Assembly (NCBI RefSeq): GCF_001194135.2
Contig: NC_068993.1
Span: 28,752,915-28,800,168 of the forward strand
Direction: 5' to 3'
From: Octopus bimaculoides
Taxonomy: Eukaryota
Length of the DNA stretch: 47,254 nt
Within the stretch, counting starts at the first letter, position 1. Every line of letters starts with the position of its first letter. Shown in pieces: positions 10,172 to 22,894 of the stretch. A model generated the notes under the pieces. That model ran no database searches. It saw only the letters and a program-made list of their open reading frames with translations, and was not told the origin of the DNA. The position numbers were made by a program, and so were the translations under genes.

Positions 10172-11158
10172 NNNNNNNNNNNNNNNNNNNNNNNNNNNNN
10201 NNNNNNNNNNNNNNNNNNNNNNNNNNNNNNNNNNNNNNNNNNNNNNNNNNNNNNNNNNNNNNNNNNNNNNNNNNNNNNNNNNNNNNNNNNNNNNNNNNNN
10301 NNNNNNNNNNNNNNNNNNNNNNNNNNNNNNNNNNNNNNNNNNNNNNNNNNNNNNNNNNNNNNNNNNNNNNNNNNNNNNNNNNNNNNNNNNNNNNNNNNNN
10401 NNNNNNNNNNNNNNNNNNNNNNNNNNNNNNNNNNNNNNNNNNNNNNNNNNNNNNNNNNNNNNNNNNNNNNNNNNNNNNNNNNNNNNNNNNNNNNNNNNNN
10501 NNNNNNNNNNNNNNNNNNNNNNNNNNNNNNNNNNNNNNNNNNNNNNNNNNNNNNNNNNNNNNNNNNNNNNNNNNNNNNNNNNNNNNNNNNNNNNNNNNNN
10601 NNNNNNNNNNNNNNNNNNNNNNNNNNNNNNNNNNNNNNNNNNNNNNNNNNNNNNNNNNNNNNNNNNNNNNNNNNNNNNNNNNNNNNNNNNNNNNNNNNNN
10701 NNNNNNNNNNNNNNNNNNNNNNNNNNNNNNNNNNNNNNNNNNNNNNNNNNNNNNNNNNNNNNNNNNNNNNNNNNNNNNNNNNNNNNNNNNNNNNNNNNNN
10801 NNNNNNNNNNNNNNNNNNNNNNNNNNNNNNNNNNNNNNNNNNNNNNNNNNNNNNNNNNNNNNNNNNNNNNNNNNNNNNNNNNNNNNNNNNNNNNNNNNNN
10901 NNNNNNNNNNNNNNNNNNNNNNNNNNNNNNNNNNNNNNNNNNNNNNNNNNNNNNNNNNNNNNNNNNNNNNNNNNNNNNNNNNNNNNNNNNNNNNNNNNNN
11001 NNNNNNNNNNNNNNNNNNNNNNNNNNNNNNNNNNNNNNNNNNNNNNNNNNNNNNNNNNNNNNNNNNNNNNNNNNNNNNNNNNNNNNNNNNNNNNNNNNNN
11101 NNNNNNNNNNNNNNNNNNNNNNNNNNNNNNNNNNNNNNNNNNNNNNNNNNNNNNNNNN

Positions 11159-11240
11159 AAATGTATACAAGACCTCGGCAAAACTCATCTTGCTGTTAGA
11201 CGTGTTGGTAATCCTAAAAATCCGATCCAAGTTTGAAAAT
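11159..11240 (+). pseudogene. Possible second Helitron helicase C-terminal remnant
   Basis: LGKTHLAVRRVGNPKN resembles HGQLYVA.SRVGNPK in the 3800-4232 copy. Very short and next to a gap. Confidence 0.3.
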
Positions 11241-11399
11241 TCATCCACCGCGAATATTTCAACATTAAATTTAAAACTCATGAATAGTCAACGGCCATCT
11301 AACAATGTGTGTATGTGTATAAACTGTTTTATCTCATTTTATTTATATTTTAAATTTGATGAATTTAATTTCATATATTAGGGGGAAGATGGGGCTCCT

Positions 11400-14300
11400 T
11401 AACTGTGGAGAACGCATCCCTTCTGATATAAAACCAGGTCTTTGATTGCTGAGGGTCTCCTTAACAGGGCTGTACTATCAGCAAACTCTGATTCATAGGG
11501 TAGACTAGGCTCTCCAGCGTGTTTATAGCAGCTTGTCTAGGAGATGGAAACCTCTGAAGAAAAAACCTGAGGTGTGTTGTTTTTGGTATTGTGGCACATA
11601 TGTGCATTATATTCTTGCTATCATCACTTCCAAAGAGTGTGGCTGGTTCTCCACAAGCCTTCATCACTTAAATCATATATGTGGGTTTTCTGACAGCTTA
11701 CATTTATTCATTCAATACGGCATAACTTCAACTTGCAAAAGTAACAAAAGTCCTCTGGCGAGAGGGTGAACATGGCAGGAACAGGTATTACTGGGTCTCT
11801 ACAAAGTCGGCGATCATTGGATGATGGCCGTTCCAGCACAGAACTTCTGAATAACTTTGTTGTCCATGTCCTATAGTGGTGACAAAGCAGGTCTATATAG
11901 ACACAGCACTGCTTTCCCCAACAGGGAGAGGGTCTAGAAAAGGAACCCTAAACATTGCTTACTCATCTTAGACATGGCAGCCTGCTGTAGCTCTCTGGTT
12001 ATTCAGTAACGCAGTCGAAACATGAAGAAATCTAAGAATATAAACCTTGGATCTTGTAATGTGCGCACTCTCCAAGACAGTCACTCAGCACCAGAGCGAA
12101 AGACAACACCAGTTGCCCTTGAACTAAACACATACAACATTGACAGAGCTGCACTCAGTGAAACTTGTCTTGCAGGATCATCACAGCTAGAAAAAAGTAA
12201 AGGTGGATACATATTTTTCTGGTGTGGAAGAAATGAGGACGAGCTCCACAACTCTGGTGTTGGTTTTGCCATCAAGACACAAATAGCTAGATCCCTTCTT
12301 TCTCTACTCAAAGGTATTTCTGATCACATCATGATACTAACGTTGGAACATGGTCACGACACTCGTGTTATGGTTGTCAGTTGCTATTCCCCAAACATGG
12401 CCAGCACTGAGAAGGAAAGGGATGAATTTTACAACCAACTCTGTGATGTCATCTCTAGTTGTCCCCATAGGAGTAAACTCATCCTTATGGGCGACTTTAA
12501 TGCTCATGTTGGTCCTGACTATCCGGCATGGGAGAGTGTACTTGGTCGCCATGGTGTAGGTCGAATGAACACCAGCGGTCTGCATGTGCTCTCCATCTGC
12601 AGGGAATCCAGTCTAAGCATCACAAATACCTTTTTCAAAAGCGAAATTGTTGCAAGACAACCTGGATGCATCCTAGATCTAAGGATTGGCATCTCATAGA
12701 TTATGTTATCACTAAGAAACGAGATATTAAGGACTTTAACATTACACGTTCCTTTCATAACACCTGCTATCTCTCTGACCATTCTCTTCTCCGTTGTAAG
12801 GCTACATTCCATCTGAAATACACAAGACTACAAAAGTCATCAGTGCCTAAGCGCATTAATGTTCTGTCTTTGAAAACTGCTGAAAAGCAGGCTGAGCTTT
12901 CTCTCAAGTTGGACACTGCAGTCAACACTGTTGATATCAATGATGACACAGAATCATCTTGGAAGGCTCTGCGTGATCAACATACTCTGCATCTGTAGAG
13001 GTTCTTGGACTTCCTGTTCGTAAACATCAAGACTGGTTCAGTGATAACAACACAGATGTCCAACAGTTGATAGGTAAAATGCACAGCTCTCACAAAACAT
13101 GTATAAATGATAAGAGTTCGTCCAGAAAAGAGAATGCTTATAAGAAATGCAGAGGCCATGTCTAACGTGCTCTGAGACAGACAAAGGAGATTTGGTGGTC
13201 TTCCAAGGCTACTGAACTCAAAGAAGCTGCAAACAGAAAGGATTCTAAAGACTTTTATGATGGCCTCAAGAAAATGTATGGTCCTCAAAAGCACAGTGTT
13301 ACTCTTATTTTTTCATCCAACAGAGCGACACTGTTGACTGACAAATCTGACATCCTGAAATGATGGAAAGATCACTTCGAAGCCATGTTGAACTTCACCC
13401 CAGTCACTGATGATGACATCATAATGTCTATTCCACAGCACGCTGAAATACTGGAATTGTCTCTGGAGCCAACCTTCCTGGAAGTTGTAAACTCTGTTAA
13501 ACAGATCTCTTCTGTTAAAGCGCCTGGCAGGGATGCTGTCCCTCCTGAAATCTATAAGCATGGTGGACAGAATCTTTTTTAAAAAATTGCATGACCTCTT
13601 CATAAATATTTGGATGGTAGGCCGTGTATCACAGGACTTTAAGGATGCTGCAATTCAACATCTTTATAAGAACAAAGGAAGCAGAAGTGTCTGTGATAAT
13701 CATCGTGGAATATCGCTTCTGTCTTTTGCTGGTAAGATTCTTGCTCAACTCATTCTTGACAGAATCATCAAACGTGTTGTAACTGATATCTATCCAGAAT
13801 CACAGTGCGGATTTCACTCTGGACATGATCTTTTCCCTTCGACAGGTCACGGAGAAGGTATGTGAGAAGAACTAAGAGTTGTGCATGGTATTCGTTAACC
13901 TTACTAAGGCCTTCGACACTGTTAACCGGCAAGCACTATACAAAGTTCTGAAAAAGCTTAGTATACTTGACAAGATGTTGAATGTTATCATCTTTCATGA
14001 GGGAATGAAAGCTGCTGTCGTGTTGCATGGGGAATCTTTAGCTTCCTTCGACGTTACAAATTGTACAAAGCAAAGTTGTGTTATGGCACCTGTTTTGTTT
14101 GCACTCTTCTTTTCAGTGATGCTGATGTATGCAACATACAAAGTAGTGTCAAATTCCAGTTTTGAACTGGACTATTCAATCATTAGCGCTTCAAAGCCAG
14201 AACACTGCTACGCACCAGTATCATTAGTAATCTACTTTTTGTAGATGATGCTGCACTAATAGCGACCTCCTTAGAGGAAGCTCAGGAACTTCTAGACCGG

Positions 14301-14745
14301 TTTTTTGCTGCATGTAAAGCCTTTGATTTGATCATCAGCATAAAGAAGACGGAAGTAATCCACCAACCTTGCCTTACTCCTAAAGAAATTCATGGTGTCA
14401 AGCAGGGAACACTGATTCACAATTTTCCGGACACTCCTATACAAGTTGATGGGAAAAATCTAAATTATGTGAAGTCATTTACATATCTTAGTAGTAAAGT
14501 GAATTCGAGTGCTTCCCTTGATGAAACTGTTAACTGTCTTGCAAAGGCAACCAATGCATTTGGCAAACTTCGTCATCGCCTATGGAATGAAAGGGGTATC
14601 AAACTTGACACCAAAGTACAGATCTATAAAGCTGCCATTCTTGTTACTCTCTTGTGTGGCTCAGAATCGTGGATACCCTACAAATGGCACATTAACCAAC
14701 TAGACATCTTCCACAAAGGCTGTCTGAGGACAATCTGCAGTTACT
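11400..14745 (+). mobile_element. RTE-clade LINE (BovB/RTE-like), 3'-truncated and decayed; 5' boundary approximate
   Basis: APE endonuclease from 12022 (NLGSCNVRTL..PERKT..ELNTYNIDRAALSET..GDFNAHVG..DYVI..SDH). RT motifs: YKNKG..CDNHRGISLLS, PESQCGF, VNLTKAFDTVNR, and LFVDDAAL at about 14238. C-terminal KTEV..F.YL.S..AFGKL..LW. Multiple stops and frameshifts. Confidence 0.92.
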
Positions 14746-14915
14746 CACTAAAAACATCTCCCAGATTTTCCGGAAAGAAATTCAAATGGGCATGTAGGAA
14801 ATTAACTTTAATACTCATTTTACATCATAAGGCCTTAACATTTTCCAGTGTTTTTTCCCACTATGTGTTTGTTCTTTGGATCCTTCTGATTCCCCAAGAA
14901 ATTCTCATCACATCT
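14745..14915 (-). pseudogene. Chapaev3 (CMC superfamily) transposase, C-terminal fragment
   Basis: Minus strand reads NFLGNQKDPK..IV / TLENVKAL*CKMSIKVNFLHAHLNFFPENLGDVFSE, the hallmark MS.K..FLH.HL.FFPENLG motif. Confidence 0.75.
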
Positions 14916-14940
14916 ATAATGAAGATGGGTAAATAAGAAA

Positions 14941-15413
14941 TGTTAAAATGAGATACGACTTGAGATGAAATGAACTGGTAAGCGACGATTTATTCTCCAT
15001 CATAAAATACAATGATTGCCATATATGAAATAAAATAAATATAACAGGTTACAACAAAGAGAGACTTCGTAGTCAGGCTGGACCATTGATTTTATAGACA
15101 AAGCTGACGTACTGTTTGGTGGTGTGTAGAAGCAGCCGTTGGTCTGCTGGTTGTGTGGTATTCATACAGCAAGGATGTAGGCAGATATCTGGTGGATGTG
15201 AAAGTGGAGACTGGCTGATGTCAGATACATTGTTGTCAGAGATGAGTTGAGTGTGGTCAGTGGCGTGAGCCAAAGACCTAGAGCAGTCGAGAACTGTCGT
15301 TCTTATAGAGATCAGCAGGCTCCCAGATCTGGTGATTAACTTCCTGCATAAGGAAAAACGAACTGTTGCGCCAACACGATTGGACAGCTGGAAACCGGTC
15401 AATGCGAATAACA
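14941..15413 (-). mobile_element. Putative solo LTR (473 bp) inserted in the Chapaev3 transposase
   Basis: TGTTA...TAACA terminal inverted repeat. On the minus strand a TATAAA-like box (about 15095) precedes AATAAA (14994-14989). No matching TSD seen. Confidence 0.45.
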
Positions 15414-15544
15414 AGTTTGGCTAATCACAAGGTAATGTGATCTGCTGGAACAAAAAGGCTTGTGGAGCTGATACCCAGCTATTTACGTCTAAACCATAAT
15501 AAAAGCATCTCACACATAATGACAGTGTAAATCACTTCTGCTAC

Positions 15545-16470
15545 ACATCTTTAAAATTAATCCATGTAACTTTTTCAGAATCACTAGGAGAGTTTTCTAA
15601 ATTTTCATCCTTGGCGATTTTCCTTATATCTGGTCCTACATATACACCGTCTTTAACCTTGGCATCTAATAGAACAGAAAACTTGCTATGCAAATACATG
15701 AACACTCGCCATCCTGTGGCAAAGTTTTTATGAATAGCTTCATAAGGCCAAGTTTTATATGTAGAGAAAATAAAATAATCCTTTTCGGATCAACCAAACT
15801 ATTTCAAAGGATATGTTCCTGGTATAAGCGTAGCTCTACTTACCCATTCTTTTTGCTCAATGACTTTACTGCTCCATATACTCAAGACTTTACTCCTCCT
15901 GGCTTTACTGCTCCATATACTCAAGAAATAAGGAAATCTTGTGTAACCTGAATGTTGTCCATACAACGTGCAATTGTGATCTTGAATTTAACTTGCGTTA
16001 TGATCTCTGATTTTTCATTGTCATTGCTATTTATGCTTTCTGACTCAGAACTCAAGTGTATGTTTTCAAGGTTTTCTGGTGATGATGGACTTCGAACATC
16101 TGGTCCATAGACAACAGGTCACAATTTAGATGGAAGATTTGGATAAGCAGTGTTTTTTCTACACTCCGAATTGTGTCCCTGTACCTTAGATGAACAAAAG
16201 TAGCAGTCATCACTGATTTTTAGGCCCCTCTATATCACTGAACCCCTAAAACGAAAAGACTTCTTTGTACATTTTGCCTATCGTAGTTTTTCAACACAAA
16301 CTGAGCAGGCCTTATGGAAAGTTCACTTTTTATCTTGGTCTCCTAATTTCACACCAAAGTAGACATAGTAAGATATTTGAACAAATTCAGTAATGTTTTT
16401 CTGACATTTTTTAGTCAAACTTACCACAAATGTAGCAAAAGTTATCTGAGCTTACTGCTTCAAATGATGC
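15545..16470 (-). pseudogene. Chapaev3 transposase, N-terminal and middle fragment with internal deletion
   Basis: SSDNFCYICGKF...YFGVKLGDQDKK..HKACSVC...DDCYFC...YPNLPS, then LVDPKRII..LHIKLGLMKLFIK...AKVKDGVYVGPDIRK...WINFKDV. Confidence 0.8.
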
Positions 16471-16953
16471 GGAGGTCTGTAAAGAAAGTGGAAGGGGACA
16501 TTTTAACAGCACACATTTGATTTAGCATCTAAATGTATATATATTATAGTGATGTTACGGTTATCCATTTTTGGTGGTAACGTTGGCTTAATGACACTAT
16601 AATTTAGTCGGTATGAGAGAAAGAGAGGTCATCATCTTGTTCACAAGAAGAAAATAGAAATTCACGAGTTGCTTGTAATAAGTCATAACTTTTATTACTA
16701 GAGGAAATGCATTAACATACAAGGTTAATTGAAGGAAAACTTATAACATTACATGAATATGTTCTGTTTGCAGTCACATATCTCCAAGTAAGTAAGGCGA
16801 GCGTGTGCGCGAGCGGGCGTAAAGTGCGGTAGCTTGACTCAATGCCACATATTTTCCTTATTTATTTTCAACCCGCCAATTTTGGACCTTTGTTTTTATT
16901 TTCCTTTCTTTGTTTTGGCCCCAAGAAAACTTTTCCCTCCTCCGTTTGACTGG

Positions 16954-19900
16954 CTACACCAGCACGGCCCCATTCATACTCCTCAACTTTCTTACAACAT
17001 TTGCCCATCTTTTTTCTCTCCAGATGGATCTTCCTTAAAAGGTGGTAGTCGAACCAACTTACCAACCCTTGTCCGGAGATAAAGTGGCCTGCCTCAACCC
17101 TTTTTGCACATGTCCTCCACACTGTCTCTTTTAGTATGGCCACTACGCAGAAAAAGGCTGCTTTCCTTTCCTTGTTCAGGGAGGGAGGCGGTACAATCTT
17201 AACTATGGACTCAGTCGAGAGCTGTACTCTTTCCACATCCGACATCATTGTTCAACAAAGGCTATCAACCCCTTCAACTCCTCACAGTGTACTAAGGTGT
17301 GCGTGACAGTTTCACTGATGCTCCCGCACCTTGGACATGTGGATGGGGTGTTGAAACCGTGTCTAGACAACCTCTCTCGAACCGGTAAGACCTATCCGTA
17401 GCACAATCAAACCAAGGATTTCTGGAAATTATCCAGATACCTCAGCCCGAATGTCCTCCAAAACAGGTTGGCCTGTTGTTCATCATCAAAGCCCAGAGTT
17501 CCCCCCCCCCACGACATCATCGGACTTAAACTCTACCAAACCTCTATAGAAATCCACAGTGGTAACCTCACTGCTGGCACTGCTTGCCCGTGCTTGCCCG
17601 CGAGAACAGAGTAAGCGCTTATCTGCACTCTTTTTGCCATTCCCCCATCTTAGGTCTCCACTTGATCCATGTACCTAAGTCCCTGAGGGACTTCAATTGT
17701 GGGAAAAGCTGCTTGGCATGTGGTGACCACACCTGCTCACCATCCAAGTAGCGCTAGAGGTGTCTCAGCCTCAAGGCACGCTTGTGCATCATCAGCCAAG
17801 GCATCCCCAGTCCACCCTTTAACAGTTTTTGGTAGCAGATGAAGCACTTCACAAGTGGTGGTTTCCCCTTCCACAAAAAGTGGAAAAAGATCTATTCCAG
17901 CTTGGTCAGCCACAAACCGGGGCAAGGTGCGATGGTCAGGTGGTAGGTTATCATAGATGCTATAAACACCTGTGCAACCTTGGCCCTCCGTAGCAAGGAT
18001 AACGGCTTCCCAGACCAGGTCTGGGTTATGGCCGTCGCCTTACTCACTGCCTCACTCCAGTTCTTCTCCACTAGGAGATCTGATGAAAACCAGATTCCAA
18101 GCAATTTAACTGGGCCCTCCTTCCAGCATCTGACAATGCTATCAGGAGGTGTCGACTTGCCACACCAGGAACCGAGTTGCAAGCCAACTGATTTTTCCTG
18201 ATTAATTTTTGCCCCTGTCACCGCTTCATATCCTTTGATGGCATCTTCTATACAAGGTAGCTACCCTTCATCAGATACGATGATGGTAACATCATCTGCA
18301 TATGCTGTCACACTTCTACCATAACATAGATCACGCTGGTCTTCTCCATCACCCCCAATCTCCACAGCAGTGACTCAAGAGTCAATACATACAGGAGAGA
18401 GGGCAGCCCTGTCGAAACGAACATTCAATCATGAACGAGCTCGAGAAGAATCCATTTACCCGGACTACAGATTCGATATTGCAATATATAGCTTCGATTC
18501 AGCCTCGGAAAGTCGGGCCCAGTCCGACTGCCAGGAGGACCACCACCAAATACCAATGGTCAACCCTATCGAATGCTTTAGACTGGTTTAAATTCACCAG
18601 TGCTCCACCTTTGCCGGAACTTTACCTACCCTCTCTATGGTGTAGCATATGAGATGAAGGTTGTTGAATATCGACCTACTTGGGATGGCGCATGTCTGCG
18701 CCTCTCCCACCAGGTCGCCTATGACAATCCTCATTTTCTTGGCTAACACCTTGGCCAAAATCTTTAACTCTGTGTTTAGCAGAGTTGTGGACCTAAAATT
18801 ATTTACGTTATCCCCCTTGCTCGGATCCTTTCTGATCAGTGTCACCACTCCTCAGCTCACAGATCTGGGAATTCTCCCATCCTGCTGCCAATTCATGTAA
18901 ACACTAGCCAGTACGTTCCCGAACAAGTCTGGCATACTTTTATAAAATTTGTAAGGTAGACTATCCAATTCTGGCGACTTGTTCCCGGATCACTCGGAAA
19001 GCACCTCTATAACCTCCTCAGCTGTGATCGGCCCTTCACAGCGCTCAGCGTCACATGCCGAAAGACGCGGGCCACTGGCCAGGAAATCCTGGAGGAAATC
19101 CTCATGGTCCAACGTCCGGCTCCTCCCGAACAACGCAGCAAAGTGCTCGTGAAAGGCCATGCATATTTCCTCTTGCCCTTCGATCTCCTGTCCATGTTTA
19201 TTAACCACAGACCTAATCGTAGCGTCCACGCCATGTTGGGTTTCTACCAAGCAAGCCAACCTGGCAACATTGATACCCTCGCAACCCAGTGCACGTACTT
19301 TAACCTGGACTCTGCATCCTTCATGTTTGGCATTGAGGTGTCGGTCCAAGGCCAATCTCGCCGCCAAAACTTGGGGTACAGGGCCCACTCTCAGCGCCTC
19401 TTCTAATGCCTTAACTAAATCCCTTTCTACTCTAGCCTGCTCTAAACTTAGCTGCTTGCTAAATTTAATCGACTCAATTCGAATGGCTCTTTAGGGGCAC
19501 CCACCTCCAGTTATTTAACACACTGCCAGTTAGTGCCCTCATAACTAACACCTTAATCAGGATACGGTAAGTTTCGCAATCCAATAGGGACTTGTTCAAC
19601 TTCCAATAGCCAGATCCCTGTCTATGGACCTTATCTATATGCATCCTACATGTCACTAATTTGTGATCCATGTAGGGTACATAGGTATATTGTGGACAAC
19701 TAAAACTAGACTTATTCCTAGCGTTAACTATAATCCTGTCTATACAAGAACTGATTGATCCGTCGTGATTAGTCCAAGTCCACATTGGCACGCTTGGATT
19801 ATGAAGTCTGAATTGATCTGCCAGCCTATATCGCTTCAGCAGATCGACGAGGTATGAGTTACATCTATTGTTCGAGCTTACGCTATCCAGACGTGCATCA

Positions 19901-20335
19901 AGGATAGCGTTAAAATCACCTAACACAACTAGTGTCTTTGACATCACCAGAAAATTCTCCAGGCGTTGATAGAACTCATTCCATTTGCATATTGTATTAG
20001 GTACATAAATGCCCACCAACCTGAAGGCCTTACCTCTATGTCCGATCCAGAATGACCGACTTGCATTCTAGTCCCACGACGATTATATGAATCTGCAGAG
20101 CCAAGTTTTTCTGGAACAAAACTACAACTCCTCCCCTCCCTACGGTCTGACTAGGAGACATGATTTTCTCATAGTCGTTCAGGAGAGATGAGAATGCCTG
20201 CAGCTTGTCCAGCTTGGTCTCTGTAGTGACCATCACATCGATTCTATGTGTCCTGAGGTCATTGAGGAAACACACCTGCTTCCTTTTCGACCCCAAGCCA
20301 CACACATTTAAACAGCCAATACATAGTGTAGCCAT
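16954..20335 (-). pseudogene. Tx1-like ORF2 (APE endonuclease plus reverse transcriptase)
   Basis: Endonuclease: MATLCIGCLNVCGL..ETKL, GIYVPN..LGDFNAILD..IDRI..DHKLV..GSGYWKLNKSLL. RT: VTLIRK..NFRSTTLLNTELKILAKVLA, with YADDVT at about 18290-18305. Frameshifts and stops present. Confidence 0.9.
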
Positions 20336-20384
20336 GTCAAAACAATAGGAAGAAGAAAGAAAAAATCTGAGCTTACCTGCTCAT

Positions 20385-21890
20385 TCATTTCTTTTCGAGG
20401 GGGATTGTTCTTAATACCATTGTGGCAGGAACCTCCCCCTCCTTCTTCTCGCTCAGAAAAAGTTCCATTGGTGGGTTGAATATTTTGGGGAGATCCTTGA
20501 TATCAACAACGTCTCCTCTATTTCACTCCTTGAGTTCTAAATATAAGTCTCTCAGGACTTTTGCAATAGTTATCGTATTATTGTCCTTGTTTTCATAAAC
20601 TCTCGCCCATAGGTGTGTTTTAATCACGCTTTCCAATTATTTATTTTGATTCTTGTGGGCAATTATTATAATGTCTTTCTTTTTGGGTATGTCATTTTCG
20701 ATTAAGTATATTTTCTCGCATTCTGAGGGGAATCTTGAATTTTTTCCAGGTATTGTTAGTTTTTACTATTTTATTTTTTGGATTCGCCTCCTGGGTCTTA
20801 GTAAGTGACTCCATTTGGAGGGCGTTTACGTGACACCGTCTGGAAATTCCTTTCTTCTTCCAATGGTGGCANNNNNNNNNNNNNNNNNNNNNNNNNNNNN
20901 NNNNNNNNNNNNNNNNNNNNNNNNNNNNNNNNNNNNNNNNNNNNNNNNNNNNNNNNNNNNNNNNNNNNNNNNNNNNNNNNNNNNNNNNNNNNNNNNNNNN
21001 NNNNNNNNNNNNNNNNNNNNNNNNNNNNNNNNNNNNNNNNNNNNNNNNNNNNNNNNNNNNNNNNNNNNNNNNNNNNNNNNNNNNNNNNNNNNNNNNNNNN
21101 NNNNNNNNNNNNNNNNNNNNNNNNNNNNNNNNNNNNNNNNNNNNNNNNNNNNNNNNNNNNNNNNNNNNNNNNNNNNNNNNNNNNNNNNNNNNNNNNNNNN
21201 NNNNNNNNNNNNNNNNNNNNNNNNNNNNNNNNNNNNNNNNNNNNNNNNNNNNNNNNNNNNNNNNNNNNNNNNNNNNNNNNNNNNNNNNNNNNNNNNNNNN
21301 NNNNNNNNNNNNNNNNNNNNNNNNNNNNNNNNNNNNNNNNNNNNNNNNNNNNNNNNNNNNNNNNNNNNNNNNNNNNNNNNNNNNNNNNNNNNNNNNNNNN
21401 NNNNNNNNNNNNNNNNNNNNNNNNNNNNNNNNNNNNNNNNNNNNNNGGTGGGATATTTTAAATTTTTATTCTAGAAGTTCTTCTACCTAAATATAAGGTT
21501 AGAAATAATATACTCCCACTCTGCACGGTTTGAGTCGAGAAGTCTCTAGCCTTCTCTGCTGACTTGGACCATGCTTCTATTGTGGCAAACCTGGCCAGGT
21601 ATTTTATTTAATTTAATACCGACATGAGACATTTTTCTATGGTATTCTCCTCTAGATGTTCGAATCTTTTCTCCTCCGTGTTGTATGACTTGTAAATGAT
21701 AGTCTTTTCCCTTGTTTTATTTATCATTTCATTCAGCGGTGCAATCCTGCTTTATCCATTTTCTTCTGTGATCATACCGAAGTATGCTTGGATTTTCTCT
21801 TTTCTCAGTGTTATTCTTTCGGCTCTGCCGACAGCGGCGGCAAAATTCAATTTTTTGGGTTCTTCAACCAAAGACGTTATTATAATTTAA
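20385..21890 (-). pseudogene. Tx1-like ORF1 (interrupted by gap 20872-21446)
   Basis: Long codon-like minus frames upstream of ORF2 (…LFLTLYLGRRTSRIKI*NIP…; …KFKIPSECEKIYLIEND…). The assignment is positional. Confidence 0.55.
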
Positions 21891-22894
21891 ACAACAAAAA
21901 ATAATGACAAAGTAAAAACAAAATATTCCACAAACGTAGTTCAACACACGAATAACAATTTGTCTTGGCGGGGGTGGGGGGATAACAATTTACAAATGAT
22001 TATTCACAAAAAGAATAATATACAAGGTTTCCCTTATGGGAAACCACAAATACACACAAAAAAAAGTCAATTCCTTAAAGGATAGCAATATCAAAAACAA
22101 CTCGCGTACTGAATGAATACAACTCCAGACAAACACAAAGTGGCACGAATTTAGAATTTCTTTCCTTTATATAAGGGATGGACCAGAAGTCCCTGACTTT
22201 CACGTAAACCGGAAGCTTCCAGAAAGGTTTCGAACATTCTAGAAGCTCAAGGGAGATTACTCTCATTAAATCCTTTTTCTGTTTTGCTTCCTGTCGTAGC
22301 CGCCAGGAGTCGCTAGAATATCATTAAAGAAGCATTGAAATGTAACATATGATGCAATAAAGCAAAATATGTAGCAGATATACATTGAAACAAAGACATG
22401 AGGAAATAATTGAAATAAAAAGAAAGATACGTTTTGACCTAAGCATCGTAAATTGTAAAGCGCATCTTTCTCTCTTCACTGCTTGCGACTGACTGAAGCT
22501 GCAGTGATGCAGGCACATCTCTGTGTAGTTGAAGCAGTCTAAATGTTGCCAGATCTTTATTTTTCAAAATTACACCTATTAGTTATACTGTTATAGTATA
22601 TTTATGTATGGCTATTAATAGCAATAATAGAAGACAGTAGTCAAATTCGGGTATAATGATAAAACGCAATGATCAATTTTGTGGAGAAACTGTACATGGT
22701 AGGATAACTCTTTTGTACTTTTTAAAATCATCCGGTAAAAATTGATCAATTTCAGCCAATAAATGAAAATAATTTTTTGGTCACAGACATGTATAATCAT
22801 AAAAAAGAAACGAAGTTATTTCTCTGAATTATGTGAATTGCAATCTTTTAATAACATCGAAAAAAGTTAACTAAAATTACACTATTAGTCCATC

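Larger units (their letters stand above)
16680..22320 (-). mobile_element. Near full-length L1/Tx1-clade LINE (5'UTR-ORF1-spacer-ORF2-3'UTR), decayed; ends approximate
   Basis: ORF2 carries APE and RT (see separate entry). A Lys-rich ORF1-like frame lies upstream across a gap, with AATAAA on the minus strand near 16691-16696. Confidence 0.8.

Noticed and set aside
12081-13603. Antisense ORFs over the RTE (and similar ones over Tx1, Gypsy and mariner)
   Set aside because: Shadow frames of TE coding sequence with no independent motifs.
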